NCBI GenBank assembly: GCA_951406725.2
Contig: OX597836.1
Coordinates: 16,058,001-16,122,000 of the forward strand
Reading direction: 5' to 3'
DNA length: 64,000 nt
From: Octopus vulgaris
Lineage: Eukaryota
The notes below the pieces were generated by a model. That model worked only from the letters and a program-made list of their open reading frames with translations. It was not told the DNA's origin and searched no databases. Shown piece by piece: positions 53,532 through 64,000 of this stretch. Made by a program: the position numbers and the translations under genes. Position 1 is the stretch's first letter. Every line of letters begins with the position of its first letter.

Positions 53532-53599
53532 GTCACTGCTTGGAATCGAACTCGGAATCTTGGGGTTAGTAGTCCGCGCTCTTAACCACTATGCCATAT
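53532..53599 (-). mobile_element. tRNA-derived Pol III head
   Basis: TGGCATAGTGG A-box, CTACTAA anticodon-like loop, GAGTTCGATTCC B-box. Confidence 0.75.
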
Positions 53600-53833
53600 G
53601 AAATTGTTGGGATTTTTTTAATATTGTTCTTCGGCTTTTGAGATCTATGTGAGAAATGACATGTTTTAGAAGATTTACGTATCGTCAGTGACGGTTTAGG
53701 ATAGGTTTGGAGGGAGAGGTCGTGGATGAGATACATCTTATCATAGGTCTGCTGGATTAGAGACGGCCTGGGGCTGAACAATAATCATAATAATGTCAAC
53801 AAAACAAAAACAATAGCAATAATAATAATAATA

Positions 53834-53874
<41 letters not shown>

Positions 53875-54436
53875 CCTTTCTATTAAAGGCACAAGGCCTG
53901 CAATTTTGGTGGGGAGGGGACTAGTCGATTACATCGACCCCAGTGTTTCACTGGTACTTAATTTATTGACCCCGAAAGGATGAAAGGCAAAGTCGACTAC
54001 GGCGAAATTCGAACTCAGAGTGTAAAAGGCTGACGAAACACCGCTAAGCATTTTGCCCGGCGTGCTAACGATTCTGCCAGCTCGCCGCCTTTAACAGCAA
54101 CATCAACAACAATAATAACAGTAACAACATAGTAACAACAACAACAACAAGAGTTTACCGACACCATTTATAATGTGCTGGCACCTATCATCAGGCTAAT
54201 AAGTTTGCTAATGAGAATGTCGGTTCGTCTGTCTGTCTGTCTGTCAGTCCCAGAGACGCCAAGGAGTAGTAGTAGTAGTAGTAGTAGTCGCTGTTGCTGC
54301 TATTGTTGTTGTAGCAGTAGTTGTAGTAGTTGTTATTGTAGTTGTAGTAGTAACAGTAGTACGTTTAAGTGTAGTTGTTGCGGTAGTAGAAAATACTGTT
54401 GTTGAAGTAGTAGTAATAGCAGAGGCAGTGGTGGAT

Positions 54437-54491
<55 letters not shown>

Positions 54492-54849
54492 CAGTAGTAG
54501 TAGCAGTAGCTACTAATTGATGTGGTAGTGACAGATGTTACTATTGTTCGAATCGTAGCAGTGGTAGCAGTAGCAGTGGTGGTAGTGGTGGTGGTAGAAA
54601 ATGTTGTTTATCCCCTCAGCCAGCCCCGAATTGCACAGACTATGCTCGAAGAAGTCACAGCTACTATCAGACCGCTATTGATTAATTAATTAATTAATTA
54701 ATTAATTAAATTAAGCTTGCTTCTAAAGACATGGTTACGGGTTCAGTCCTTCTACATGGCACCTTGGGCAAGCATCTTCTACTTTAACTTCGGGCCGACC
54801 AAAGATTTGTGACTGGATTTGGAAGACGGAAACTGAAAGAAGCCCGCCA

Positions 54850-54888
<39 letters not shown>

Positions 54889-54893
<5 letters not shown>

Positions 54894-57800
54894 TATGTAT
54901 AAAGCTGAAATGTGAAAAAGTTGTTTGATTTCTTGGTTGTTTGTCTCATATATATATATAATGCGTATATATGTACATATGTATTTAATGCGTATGTATA
55001 TATATATAATGTGTGCATATGTGGTCGGATTGAGCTGAAAATATGCAAACCTATGTTAAAAGTGCTGGCGAGTTTGCAAGGCAACTTTGAGTTTGCTCAA
55101 CTGAAAGGCGTGGCCTCTAGAGCAAAATTCTTCATCTTTTAAAATGTGGTCCGAGTAGACCCGAATGAAATCGGTTTATAATAACCAAACAAGTAAAATA
55201 AGCAACAAAAAAAAAAAAATCTTTGCCATTTTAATCACGAGGAAAGCCGGGTATCTTTGTAAGTCTACTATATATTTGTGAAAAGGTGGTGAGCTGGCAG
55301 AAACGTTAGCACGCCGGGCGAAATTCGTAGCCGTATTTCGTCTGCCGCTACGTTCTGAGTTCAAATTCCACCGAGGTCGACTTTACCTTTCATCCTTTTG
55401 GGGTCGATAAATTAAGTACCAGTTACGCACTGGGGTCGATGTAATCGACTTAATACCTTTGTCTGTCCTTGTTTGTCCCTTCTGTGTTTAGCCCCTTGTG
55501 GGTAGTAAAGAAATAGGTATTTCGTCTGCTGCTACGTTCTGAGTTCAAATTCCGCCGAGGTCGACTTTGCCTTTCATCCTTTCGGGGTCGATAAATTAAG
55601 TACCAGTTACGCACTGGGTCGATGTAATCGACTTAATACCTTTGTCTGTCCTTGTTTGTCCCTTCTGTGTTTAGCCCCTTGTGGGTAGTAAAGAAATAGG
55701 TATTTCGTCTGCTGCTACGTTCTGAGTTCAAATTCCGCCGAGGTCGACTTTGCCTTTCATCCTTTTGGGGTCGATAAATTAAGTACCAGTTACGCACTGG
55801 GTCGATGTAATCGACTTAATACCTTTGTCTGTCCTTGTTTGTCCCTTCTGTGTTTAGCCCCTTGTGGGTAGTAAAGAAATAGGTATTTCGTCTGCTGCTA
55901 CGTTCTGAGTTCAAATTCCACCGAGGTCGACTTTACCTTTCATCCTTTTGGGGTCGATAAATTAAGTACCAGTTACGCACTGGGGTCGATGTAATCGACT
56001 TAATACCTTTGTCTGTCCTTGTTTGTCCCTTCTGTGTTTAGCCCCTTGTGGGTAGTAAAGAAATAGGTATTTCGTCTGCTGCTACGTTCTGAGTTCAAAT
56101 TCCACCGAGGTCGACTTTACCTTTCATCCTTTTGGGGTCGATAAATTAAGTACCAGTTACGCACTGGGGTCGATGTAATCGACTTAATACCTTTGTCTGT
56201 CCTTGTTTGTCCCTTCTGTGTTTAGCCCCTTGTGGGTAGTAAAGAAATAGGTATTTCGTCTGCTGCTACGTTCTGAGTTTAATTTCCACCGAGGTCGACT
56301 TTACCTTTCATCCTTTTGGGGTCGATAAATTAAGTACCAGTTACGCACTGGGGTCGATGTAATCGACTTAATACCTTTGTCTGTCCTTGTTTGTCCCTTC
56401 TGTGTTTAGCCCCTTGTGGGTAGTAAAGAAATAGGTATTTCGTCTGCTGCTACGTTCTGAGTTCAAATTCCGCCGAGGTCGACTTTGCCTTTCATCCTTT
56501 TGGGGTCGATAAATTAAGTACCAGTTACGCACTGGGTCGATGTAATCGACTTAATACCTTTGTCTGTCCTTGTTTGTCCCTTCTGTGTTTAGCCCCTTGT
56601 GGGTAGTAAAGAAATAGGTATTTCGTCTGCTGCTACGTTCTGAGTTCAAATTCCACCGAGGTCGACTTTACCTTTCATCCTTTTGGGGTCGATAAATTAA
56701 GTACCAGTTACGCACTGGGGTCGATGTAATCGACTTAATACCTTTGTCTGTCCTTGTTTGTCCCTTCTGTGTTTAGCCCCTTGTGGGTAGTAAAGAAATA
56801 GGTATTTCGTCTGCTGCTACGTTCTGAGTTCAAATTCCGCCGAGGTCGACTTTACCTTTCATCCTTTTGGGGTCGATAAATTAAGTACCAGTTACGCACT
56901 GGGTCGATGTAATCGACTTAATACCTTTGTCTGTCCTTGTTTGTCCCTTCTGTGTTTAGCCCCTTGTGGGTAGTAAAGAAATAGGTATTTCGTCTGCTGC
57001 TACGTTCTGAGTTCAAATTCCACCGAGGTCGACTTTACCTTTCATCCTTTTGGGGTCGATAAATTAAGTACCAGTTACGCACTGGGTCGATGTAATCGAC
57101 TTAATACCTTTGTCTGTCCTTGTTTGTCCCTTCTGTGTTTAGCCCCTTGTGGGTAGTAAAGAAATAGGTATTTCGTCTGCTGCTACGTTCTGAGTTCAAA
57201 TTCCGCCGAGGTCGACTTTACCTTTCATCCTTTTGGGGTCGATAAATTAAGTACCAGTTACGCACTGGGGTCGGTGTAATCGACTTAATCCGTTTGTCTG
57301 TCCTTGTTTGTCCCTTCTGTGTTTAGCCCCTTGTGGGTAGTAAAGAAATAGGTATTTCGTCTGCTGCTACGTTCTGAGTTCAAATTCCGCCGAGGTCGAC
57401 TTTGCCTTTCATCCTTTCGGGGTCGATAAATTAAGTACCAGTTACGCACTGGGTCGATGTAATCGACTTAATACCTTTGTCTGTCCTTGTTTGTCCCTTC
57501 TGTGTTTAGCCCCTTGTGGGTAGTAAAGAAATAGGTATTTCGTCTGCTGCTACGTTCTGAGTTCAAATTCCGCCGAGGTCGACTTTGCCTTTCATCCTTT
57601 TGGGGTCGATAAATTAAGTACCAGTTACGCACTGGGTCGATGTAATCGACTTAATACCTTTGTCTGTCCTTGTTTGTCCCTTCTGTGTTTAGCCCCTTGT
57701 GGGTAGTAAAGAAATAGGTATTTCGTCTGCTGCTACGTTCTGAGTTCAAATTCCACCGAGGTCGACTTTACCTTTCATCCTTTTGGGGTCGATAAATTAA

Positions 57801-59486
57801 GTACCAGTTACGCACTGGGTCGATGTAATCGACTTAATACCTTTGTCTGTCCTTGTTTGTCCCTTCTGTGTTTAGCCCCTTGTGGGTAGTAAAGAAATAG
57901 GTATTTCGTCTGCTGCTACGTTCTGAGTTCAAATTCCACCGAGGTCGACTTTACCTTTCATCCTTTTGGGGTCGATAAATTAAGTACCAGTTACGCACTG
58001 GGGTCGATGTAATCGACTTAATACCTTTGTCTGTCCTTGTTTGTCCCTTCTGTGTTTAGCCCCTTGTGGGTAGTAAAGAAATAGGTATTTCGTCTGCTGC
58101 TACGTTCTGAGTTTAATTTCCACCGAGGTCGACTTTACCTTTCATCCTTTTGGGGTCGATAAATTAAGTACCAGTTACGCACTGGGGTCGATGTAATCGA
58201 CTTAATACCTTTGTCTGTCCTTGTTTGTCCCTTCTGTGTTTAGCCCCTTGTGGGTAGTAAAGAAATAGGTATTTCGTCTGCTGCTACGTTCTGAGTTCAA
58301 ATTCCGCCGAGGTCGACTTTGCCTTTCATCCTTTTGGGGTCGATAAATTAAGTACCAGTTACGCACTGGGTCGATGTAATCGACTTAATACCTTTGTCTG
58401 TCCTTGTTTGTCCCTTCTGTGTTTAGCCCCTTGTGGGTAGTAAAGAAATAGGTATTTCGTCTGCTGCTACGTTCTGAGTTCAAATTCCACCGAGGTCGAC
58501 TTTACCTTTCATCCTTTTGGGGTCGATAAATTAAGTACCAGTTACGCACTGGGGTCGATGTAATCGACTTAATACCTTTGTCTGTCCTTGTTTGTCCCTT
58601 CTGTGTTTAGCCCCTTGTGGGTAGTAAAGAAATAGGTATTTCGTCTGCTGCTACGTTCTGAGTTCAAATTCCGCCGAGGTCGACTTTACCTTTCATCCTT
58701 TTGGGGTCGATAAATTAAGTACCAGTTACGCACTGGGTCGATGTAATCGACTTAATACCTTTGTCTGTCCTTGTTTGTCCCTTCTGTGTTTAGCCCCTTG
58801 TGGGTAGTAAAGAAATAGGTATTTCGTCTGCTGCTACGTTCTGAGTTCAAATTCCACCGAGGTCGACTTTACCTTTCATCCTTTTGGGGTCGATAAATTA
58901 AGTACCAGTTACGCACTGGGTCGATGTAATCGACTTAATACCTTTGTCTGTCCTTGTTTGTCCCTTCTGTGTTTAGCCCCTTGTGGGTAGTAAAGAAATA
59001 GGTATTTCGTCTGCTGCTACGTTCTGAGTTCAAATTCCGCCGAGGTCGACTTTACCTTTCATCCTTTTGGGGTCGATAAATTAAGTACCAGTTACGCACT
59101 GGGGTCGATGTAATCGACTTAATCCGTTTGTCTGTCCTTGTTTGTCCCTTCTGTGTTTAGCCCCTTGTGGGTAGTAAAGAAATATATATATTTGTGAAAA
59201 GGACGGACGTTGTCTTACAAGCAGTTGTGCTGGCAAAGGTGTTAGTAAGTGTGGTCGGATTGAGCCGAAAATTTGCTGAAACAGTCTCAGAGACTGTTTA
59301 AACATTTGGCATGTTTTTTTTTCATTACCAATTTTTAATAAAATTTTCATTTTTTTAAAAAATTCCTAATTTTTAAAATGTGGTCCGAGTAGACCCGAAT
59401 GAAATCGGGTTCTAATACCGACACAAGTAAAACAATAAAGAAACTATGCTATTTTAATCCCGAGCAAGGCCGGGTTTTCTCTGCTA

Positions 59487-59487
<1 letters not shown>
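54889..59487 (+). mobile_element. Two tandem Helitron-like elements, the second (55264-59487) interrupted by the SINE-A array
   Basis: Shared GTGGTCGGATTGAG and AAATGTGGTCCGAGTAGACCCGAATGAAATCGG; TCTACTATATA start; CCCGAGCAAGGCCGGG...CTAG|T end. Confidence 0.7.
55285..59184 (+). repeat. SINE-A-derived satellite: one head plus 21 units of 183-184 bp
   Basis: 20 identical GAAATA|GGTATTTCG junctions from 55516 to 59001; flanking duplication TATATATTTGTGAAAAGG. Confidence 0.97.
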
Positions 59488-59544
<57 letters not shown>

Positions 59545-59628
59545 GCATATATATATGTATATGTATATATATATGTATAGATATGTATATATATATAAGG
59601 GATATATATATATATATATATATATTTA

Positions 59629-60098
59629 AATACAAAATGGGATAAGAACGCAAAACATCCAGACAGTTAGGTAATACAAGAAAGGGACAACAAAACATCC
59701 AGATGGACGATACAAGGAAACAAGGACGGGCCATTCAGAGTTTTTTTTCTCAGTCGAGTTCCAGATTATCTTTGCAATTTCGGCTGGTTATACTCGAGAT
59801 TGCTCCAATCTGGCCAGCCCCAAGGAAAAACTAAGCTAAGAGCATTAGATTCTTTGGAAGAAAGTAGTGAATGTATACTTTTGTATAAATTCGCTGCTTT
59901 CTTCCAAGGAATCTAATGCTCTTAGCTTAGTTTTTCCTTGGGGCTGGCCAGATTGGAGCAATCTCAAGAATGATCAGCCGAAATTGCAAAGATAATCTGG
60001 TATTTGGCTGAAGAAAGAAAACTCCGAATGACCCATCTTTGTTTCTTTGTATCGTCTATCTAGATGTTTTGCGTTCTTGTCCCATTTCCCATTTTGTG
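59629..60098. mobile_element. Head-to-head inverted pair of PLE pseudo-LTR-like sequences in (TA)n
   Basis: ~220-bp imperfect arms with a TTTT centre at 59879-59882. Confidence 0.8.
59929..60023 (+). ncRNA. Permuted/pseudoknotted hammerhead-like RNA with k-turn (element Y; second copy on - strand at 59739-59833)
   Basis: GGCUGG-CCAGAUU-GGA-GCAAUC^UCAAG..UCAGCC-GAAA-UUGC-AAA-GAU-AAUCUGG..UUUGG-CUGAAGA. Confidence 0.65.
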
Positions 60099-60706
60099 TT
60101 TATATATATATATATCCCTTATATCCTTCTTAAAGTAGTACTTATTCCGTCGGTTTCTTATGTCACCCAGCTATGTTACGGGTACGTAAACAACCAAACA
60201 CCGGTTGTCAAAGTGGTGGGCGGGATAAACACAGGGACGCACACACACACAAACTATATATATATATATATATATACACGACGGGCTTCCACATAGTTTC
60301 TGCCGATCAGTTTCACTCACAAGACATTGGTCGGCCCGGGGGTAGTACAAGAAATTTATACTTGCCCTAGTACCGCGAGGTGGAACTGAAACCGAACCTA
60401 CGTGGTTTCGATGTGATCGCCTTCACTACCAAGCCATACCTACGGCTATTACTCTTTTACTTTTTTACTTGTTTGCACTCTTTTTACTTGTTTCAGTCAT
60501 TTGACTGTGGCCATACTGGAGCACCGCCTTTTAGTCGAGCAAATCGACCCCAGGACTTATTCTTTTGTAAGCCTAGTACTTATTCTATCGGTCTGTTTTG
60601 CCGAACCGCTACGTTACGGGGACGTAAACACACACCAGCATCAGTTGTCAAGCGATGTAGGGAGGACAAACACAGACACACAAACACACAAACTCACACA
60701 CGCACA

Positions 60707-60788
<82 letters not shown>

Positions 60789-62027
60789 CATATATTCGAC
60801 GGGCTTCTTTCAGTTTCCGTCTACCAAATCCACTCACAAGGCTTTGGTCGGCCCGAGGCTATAGTAGAATACACTTGCCCAAGGTGCCACGCTGTGGAAC
60901 TGAACCCGGAACCATGTGGTTCGTACGCAAGCTACTTACCACACTGTCACACCTACGGCTATTGTGCATTTTCGAATGATCTTATTGTCTAATTATAGTA
61001 TAGGGGTATTAGAATGCTGCTTTCTAATAATAGTATATGTGTTAGAATGATGTTGCATAGTTTAATTATAGTGTATGTTGTACTGGCAGCGCCTAAATTG
61101 TGATACGATTACAAATCAACGTAAGAATGACGAAACTATACGAAGAGTAAGGCAGCGGCAAATGTTTAGATAAACAATCCACCCACACTACAAAAGTGAA
61201 AACTACCGACGAGGGACGAACCTAATATTGGTGCTTATAAATGACTCACGAACTCAGCTATTTCTCTCTTCTTGTTTGTGTTACAAGAGACATAAAAGCA
61301 AATGTCAATTTAAGGGAACTATTTATCGTTTTCGTTTCGCACAGTTTGTGGGCCGAACGCCAGGAATCGAAGAGATAGGTGGGTTGTGGGTGTGTGGCAA
61401 GAAAGAAAAAAAAAAGAAGTGAATGAATGAAAGAAAGAAAGAAAGAAAATGTGTGTGTGTGTGTGTGTAATAAAAGCTGTCTGTCCGTCTATGACCCCCC
61501 GTATCTCAATCTACATTTGTTTAACATAGACATATCATACCTTTTTGGAATCAGGATGATCCCGGGATTGAAAATCTGCCCTTCATTTGGTTCTTGAAGA
61601 TCCAGCATTGGGGTCTGACTTAAAAAAATTTGGGTTGCTATTTCTAGCAAGTAGGGCTTGGCTGATTCACACCATCTTGGTTGGCGTTTGTCAAGTGATG
61701 TCAGAGATTAAGGGGGAGATAAATGACATTCACTTCATTTCTTTTACGGTGAGATAGGAACTTTGGGACAAATTGGCCAACAGTTCAAGAAATTCAACTT
61801 GGGACTGGAGCAATAGAATGATTGCATTACAGAATTAATTCTCATCTGTCTTTAACCTCTGATCAAACACCACAGTCATTATAGACGTATTACAGTCATT
61901 CTATTTAGCTCTCTTTAGTTTTGGACCGCAGGCTCAATTTATCCTCCGCAGGAGCTAATACATATATACACACACATATATAGGGGCTAATACATATACA
62001 CACACACACATATACACACATATATAG

Positions 62028-62250
62028 GGGCGGCGAGCTGGCATAAACGTTAGCACGCCGGGCGAAGTGCGTAGCCGTATTTCGTCTGCCGTTACGTTCT
62101 GGGTTCAAATTCCGCCGAGGTCAACTTTGCCTTTCATCCTCGATAAAATAAGTGCCAGTTACGCACTGGGGTCGATATAATCGACTTAGTCCGTTTGTCT
62201 GTCCTTGTTTGTCCCTTCTGTGTTTAGCCCCTTGTGGGTAGTAAAGAAAA
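62028..62250 (+). mobile_element. SINE-A
   Basis: Homology. Confidence 0.9.
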
Positions 62251-62267
62251 ATATACACACACATACA

Positions 62268-62482
62268 TACGAGGGTGTGCTGAAAAGTTCCTGGTTTTAA
62301 GGTTGTCGCGAAAGGCTTGGTTGGAGGCCCAACCTTCCGAGTTCTTTTACAGAGTTTAGAAAAACTGAAGGACCACTGTAATAAGTGTGTGAATCTGAGA
62401 AGGAAATATGTTGAATAAAACCATTATTAACTGATCCTCCTGTGTTTTCTTTTGCCCAAGACCAGGAACTTTTCAACACCTA
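62268..62482. mobile_element. Mariner-like MITE
   Basis: TA|CGAGGGTGTGCTGAAAAGTTCCTGG and CCAGGAACTTTTCAACACC. Confidence 0.8.
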
Positions 62483-62557
<75 letters not shown>

Positions 62558-62792
62558 ACTCTTTTACTCTTTTACTTGTTTCAGTCATGTGACTGTGGCC
62601 ATGCACTGCCTTTAGTCGAGCAAATCGCCCCCAGGATTTATTTTTTGTGAGCCTAGTACTTATTCTATTGGTCTCTTTTGCCGAACGGCTAAGTTACGGG
62701 GACGTAAACACACCAGCATCGGCTGTCAAGCGATGTTGGGGTGACAAACACAGACACACAAACATATACACACACATACACACACACACACA

Positions 62793-62846
<54 letters not shown>

Positions 62847-62869
62847 GCAATATGACCATTCCGAAATAT

Positions 62870-62917
<48 letters not shown>

Positions 62918-63009
62918 AGAATTCACAAAAAAAAAAAGACAAAACACGAAGACAGGTGGTGTAGACAACAAACAGATGTATTAGTATAACGCTCGGGAAT
63001 TGAAAAAGT

Positions 63010-63045
63010 CTTTAACGTTTCGAGCATAGACTCTTCCACAGAAAG
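63010..63045 (-). ncRNA. Minimal hammerhead-like motif in a diverged (TA)n-embedded element (62914-63110)
   Basis: CUUU-CUGUGGA-A-GAGU(CUAU)GCUC-GAAACGUU-AAAG. Confidence 0.5.
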
Positions 63046-63123
63046 GAACACAGAAAGAAACAAGGAGAGAAAATAAAGAATGTGTAGTGGCTAGCGATCT
63101 ATCATGGCGCGCGCGTGTGTGTG

Positions 63124-63196
<73 letters not shown>

Positions 63197-63750
63197 ATGT
63201 ATTCACGTAGGCTCACACTTTACACAATCAGCTGACGTAATAAATAAGTACCTTAATAAATTCCCTTTCAAAGAAACTTGGAAGTCAGCTATTACACGTA
63301 CAGGTGCAAGGGGCTTTTGTTGCTAAGATGTTTGCTTCCCACCACTTGGTTCCGGGTTCAGTCCCACTGCGTGGCACTTTGAGCAAATGTCTTTTACTAT
63401 AACCTCGAACCGACTAAAGCTTTGTGAGTATATTTGGTAGACAGAAGCTGAAAGAAGCCCGTGGTAGTGCGTGGGGGGCATGCATGTGTGGGCGCGTGGG
63501 TGGACGCATGTATGTGGGGGCGCATGTATGTGTGGGCGCGTGTGTTTGTGCCTGCGTTTGACCCTCACCACTACTTGACAACAGGTGTTGGTGTGTTTAC
63601 ATCCCCGTAACTAAGCAAAAGAGTGCGATGGAATAACAAGAAAAACTACTGGTTCGATTCATTCGTCAGAAATTTCTTCAAGGTGATGCACCAGCATGGC
63701 CGCAGTCTAATGACTGATACTAGTAAACATTTTTTTTTTCAAAAAAATAC

Positions 63751-63832
63751 GTATTTTGAGGAAACCATTGCGCTGAAGAAAGAAAGAAAGAAAGAAAGAA
63801 AGGAAAGAAGGAAGGAAGGAAGGAAGGAAGGA

Positions 63833-63872
<40 letters not shown>

Positions 63873-64000
63873 AGGAAGGAAGGAAGGAAAGAAAAAAGAA
63901 AGAAAGGAAGGAAGGAAGGAAGGAAGTATATTTTGAGGAAACCATTGCGCTGAAGAAAGAAAGAAAGAAAGAAAGAAAAAAGGAAAGAAGGAAGGAAGAA
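63751..64000. repeat. Compound tandem repeat: TATTTTGAGGAAACCATTGCGCTGAAG plus (GAAA/GGAA)n
   Basis: The unique 27-mer occurs twice about 177 bp apart; runs off the window end. Confidence 0.85.

Noticed and set aside
55285-59184. CRISPR array or hammerhead retrozyme interpretation of the tandem array
   Set aside because: Units are near-identical with no unique spacers, the context is eukaryotic, and I found no CUGANGA core on either strand of the unit.

Overview
AT-rich, repeat-saturated animal DNA. The tRNA-derived SINE set and microsatellite density suggest an octopus, which is an inference. The only confident protein-coding gene is the 3' part of a multi-repeat stathmin on the + strand (exons 849-989, 4057-4209, 5030-5116, then a ~2.3 kb 3'UTR). 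The rest is three SINE families (called A, B, C here), MITEs (hAT-, piggyBac-, mariner-like and two GG...CC-terminated families), non-autonomous Helitrons, decayed Tc1, R4/Dong-, CR1-, L1/Tx1- and Penelope-type remnants, and microsatellites that generate nearly all long ORFs in the track. Highlights, all read by eye and untested: (1) two unrelated (TA)n-embedded elements (49.3 kb and 59.7-60.0 kb) contain all hammerhead ribozyme core parts in a reversed, pseudoknotted strand order, with covarying helices and, in one, a canonical kink-turn; (2) five minimal type I hammerhead-like motifs, one inside a tRNA-headed element; (3) a 21-unit SINE-A satellite with a 10-mer higher-order repeat inside one target-site duplication; (4) a shared 3' end between SINE-A and an L1/Tx1-like LINE; (5) TIR elements flanked by unusually long direct duplications.
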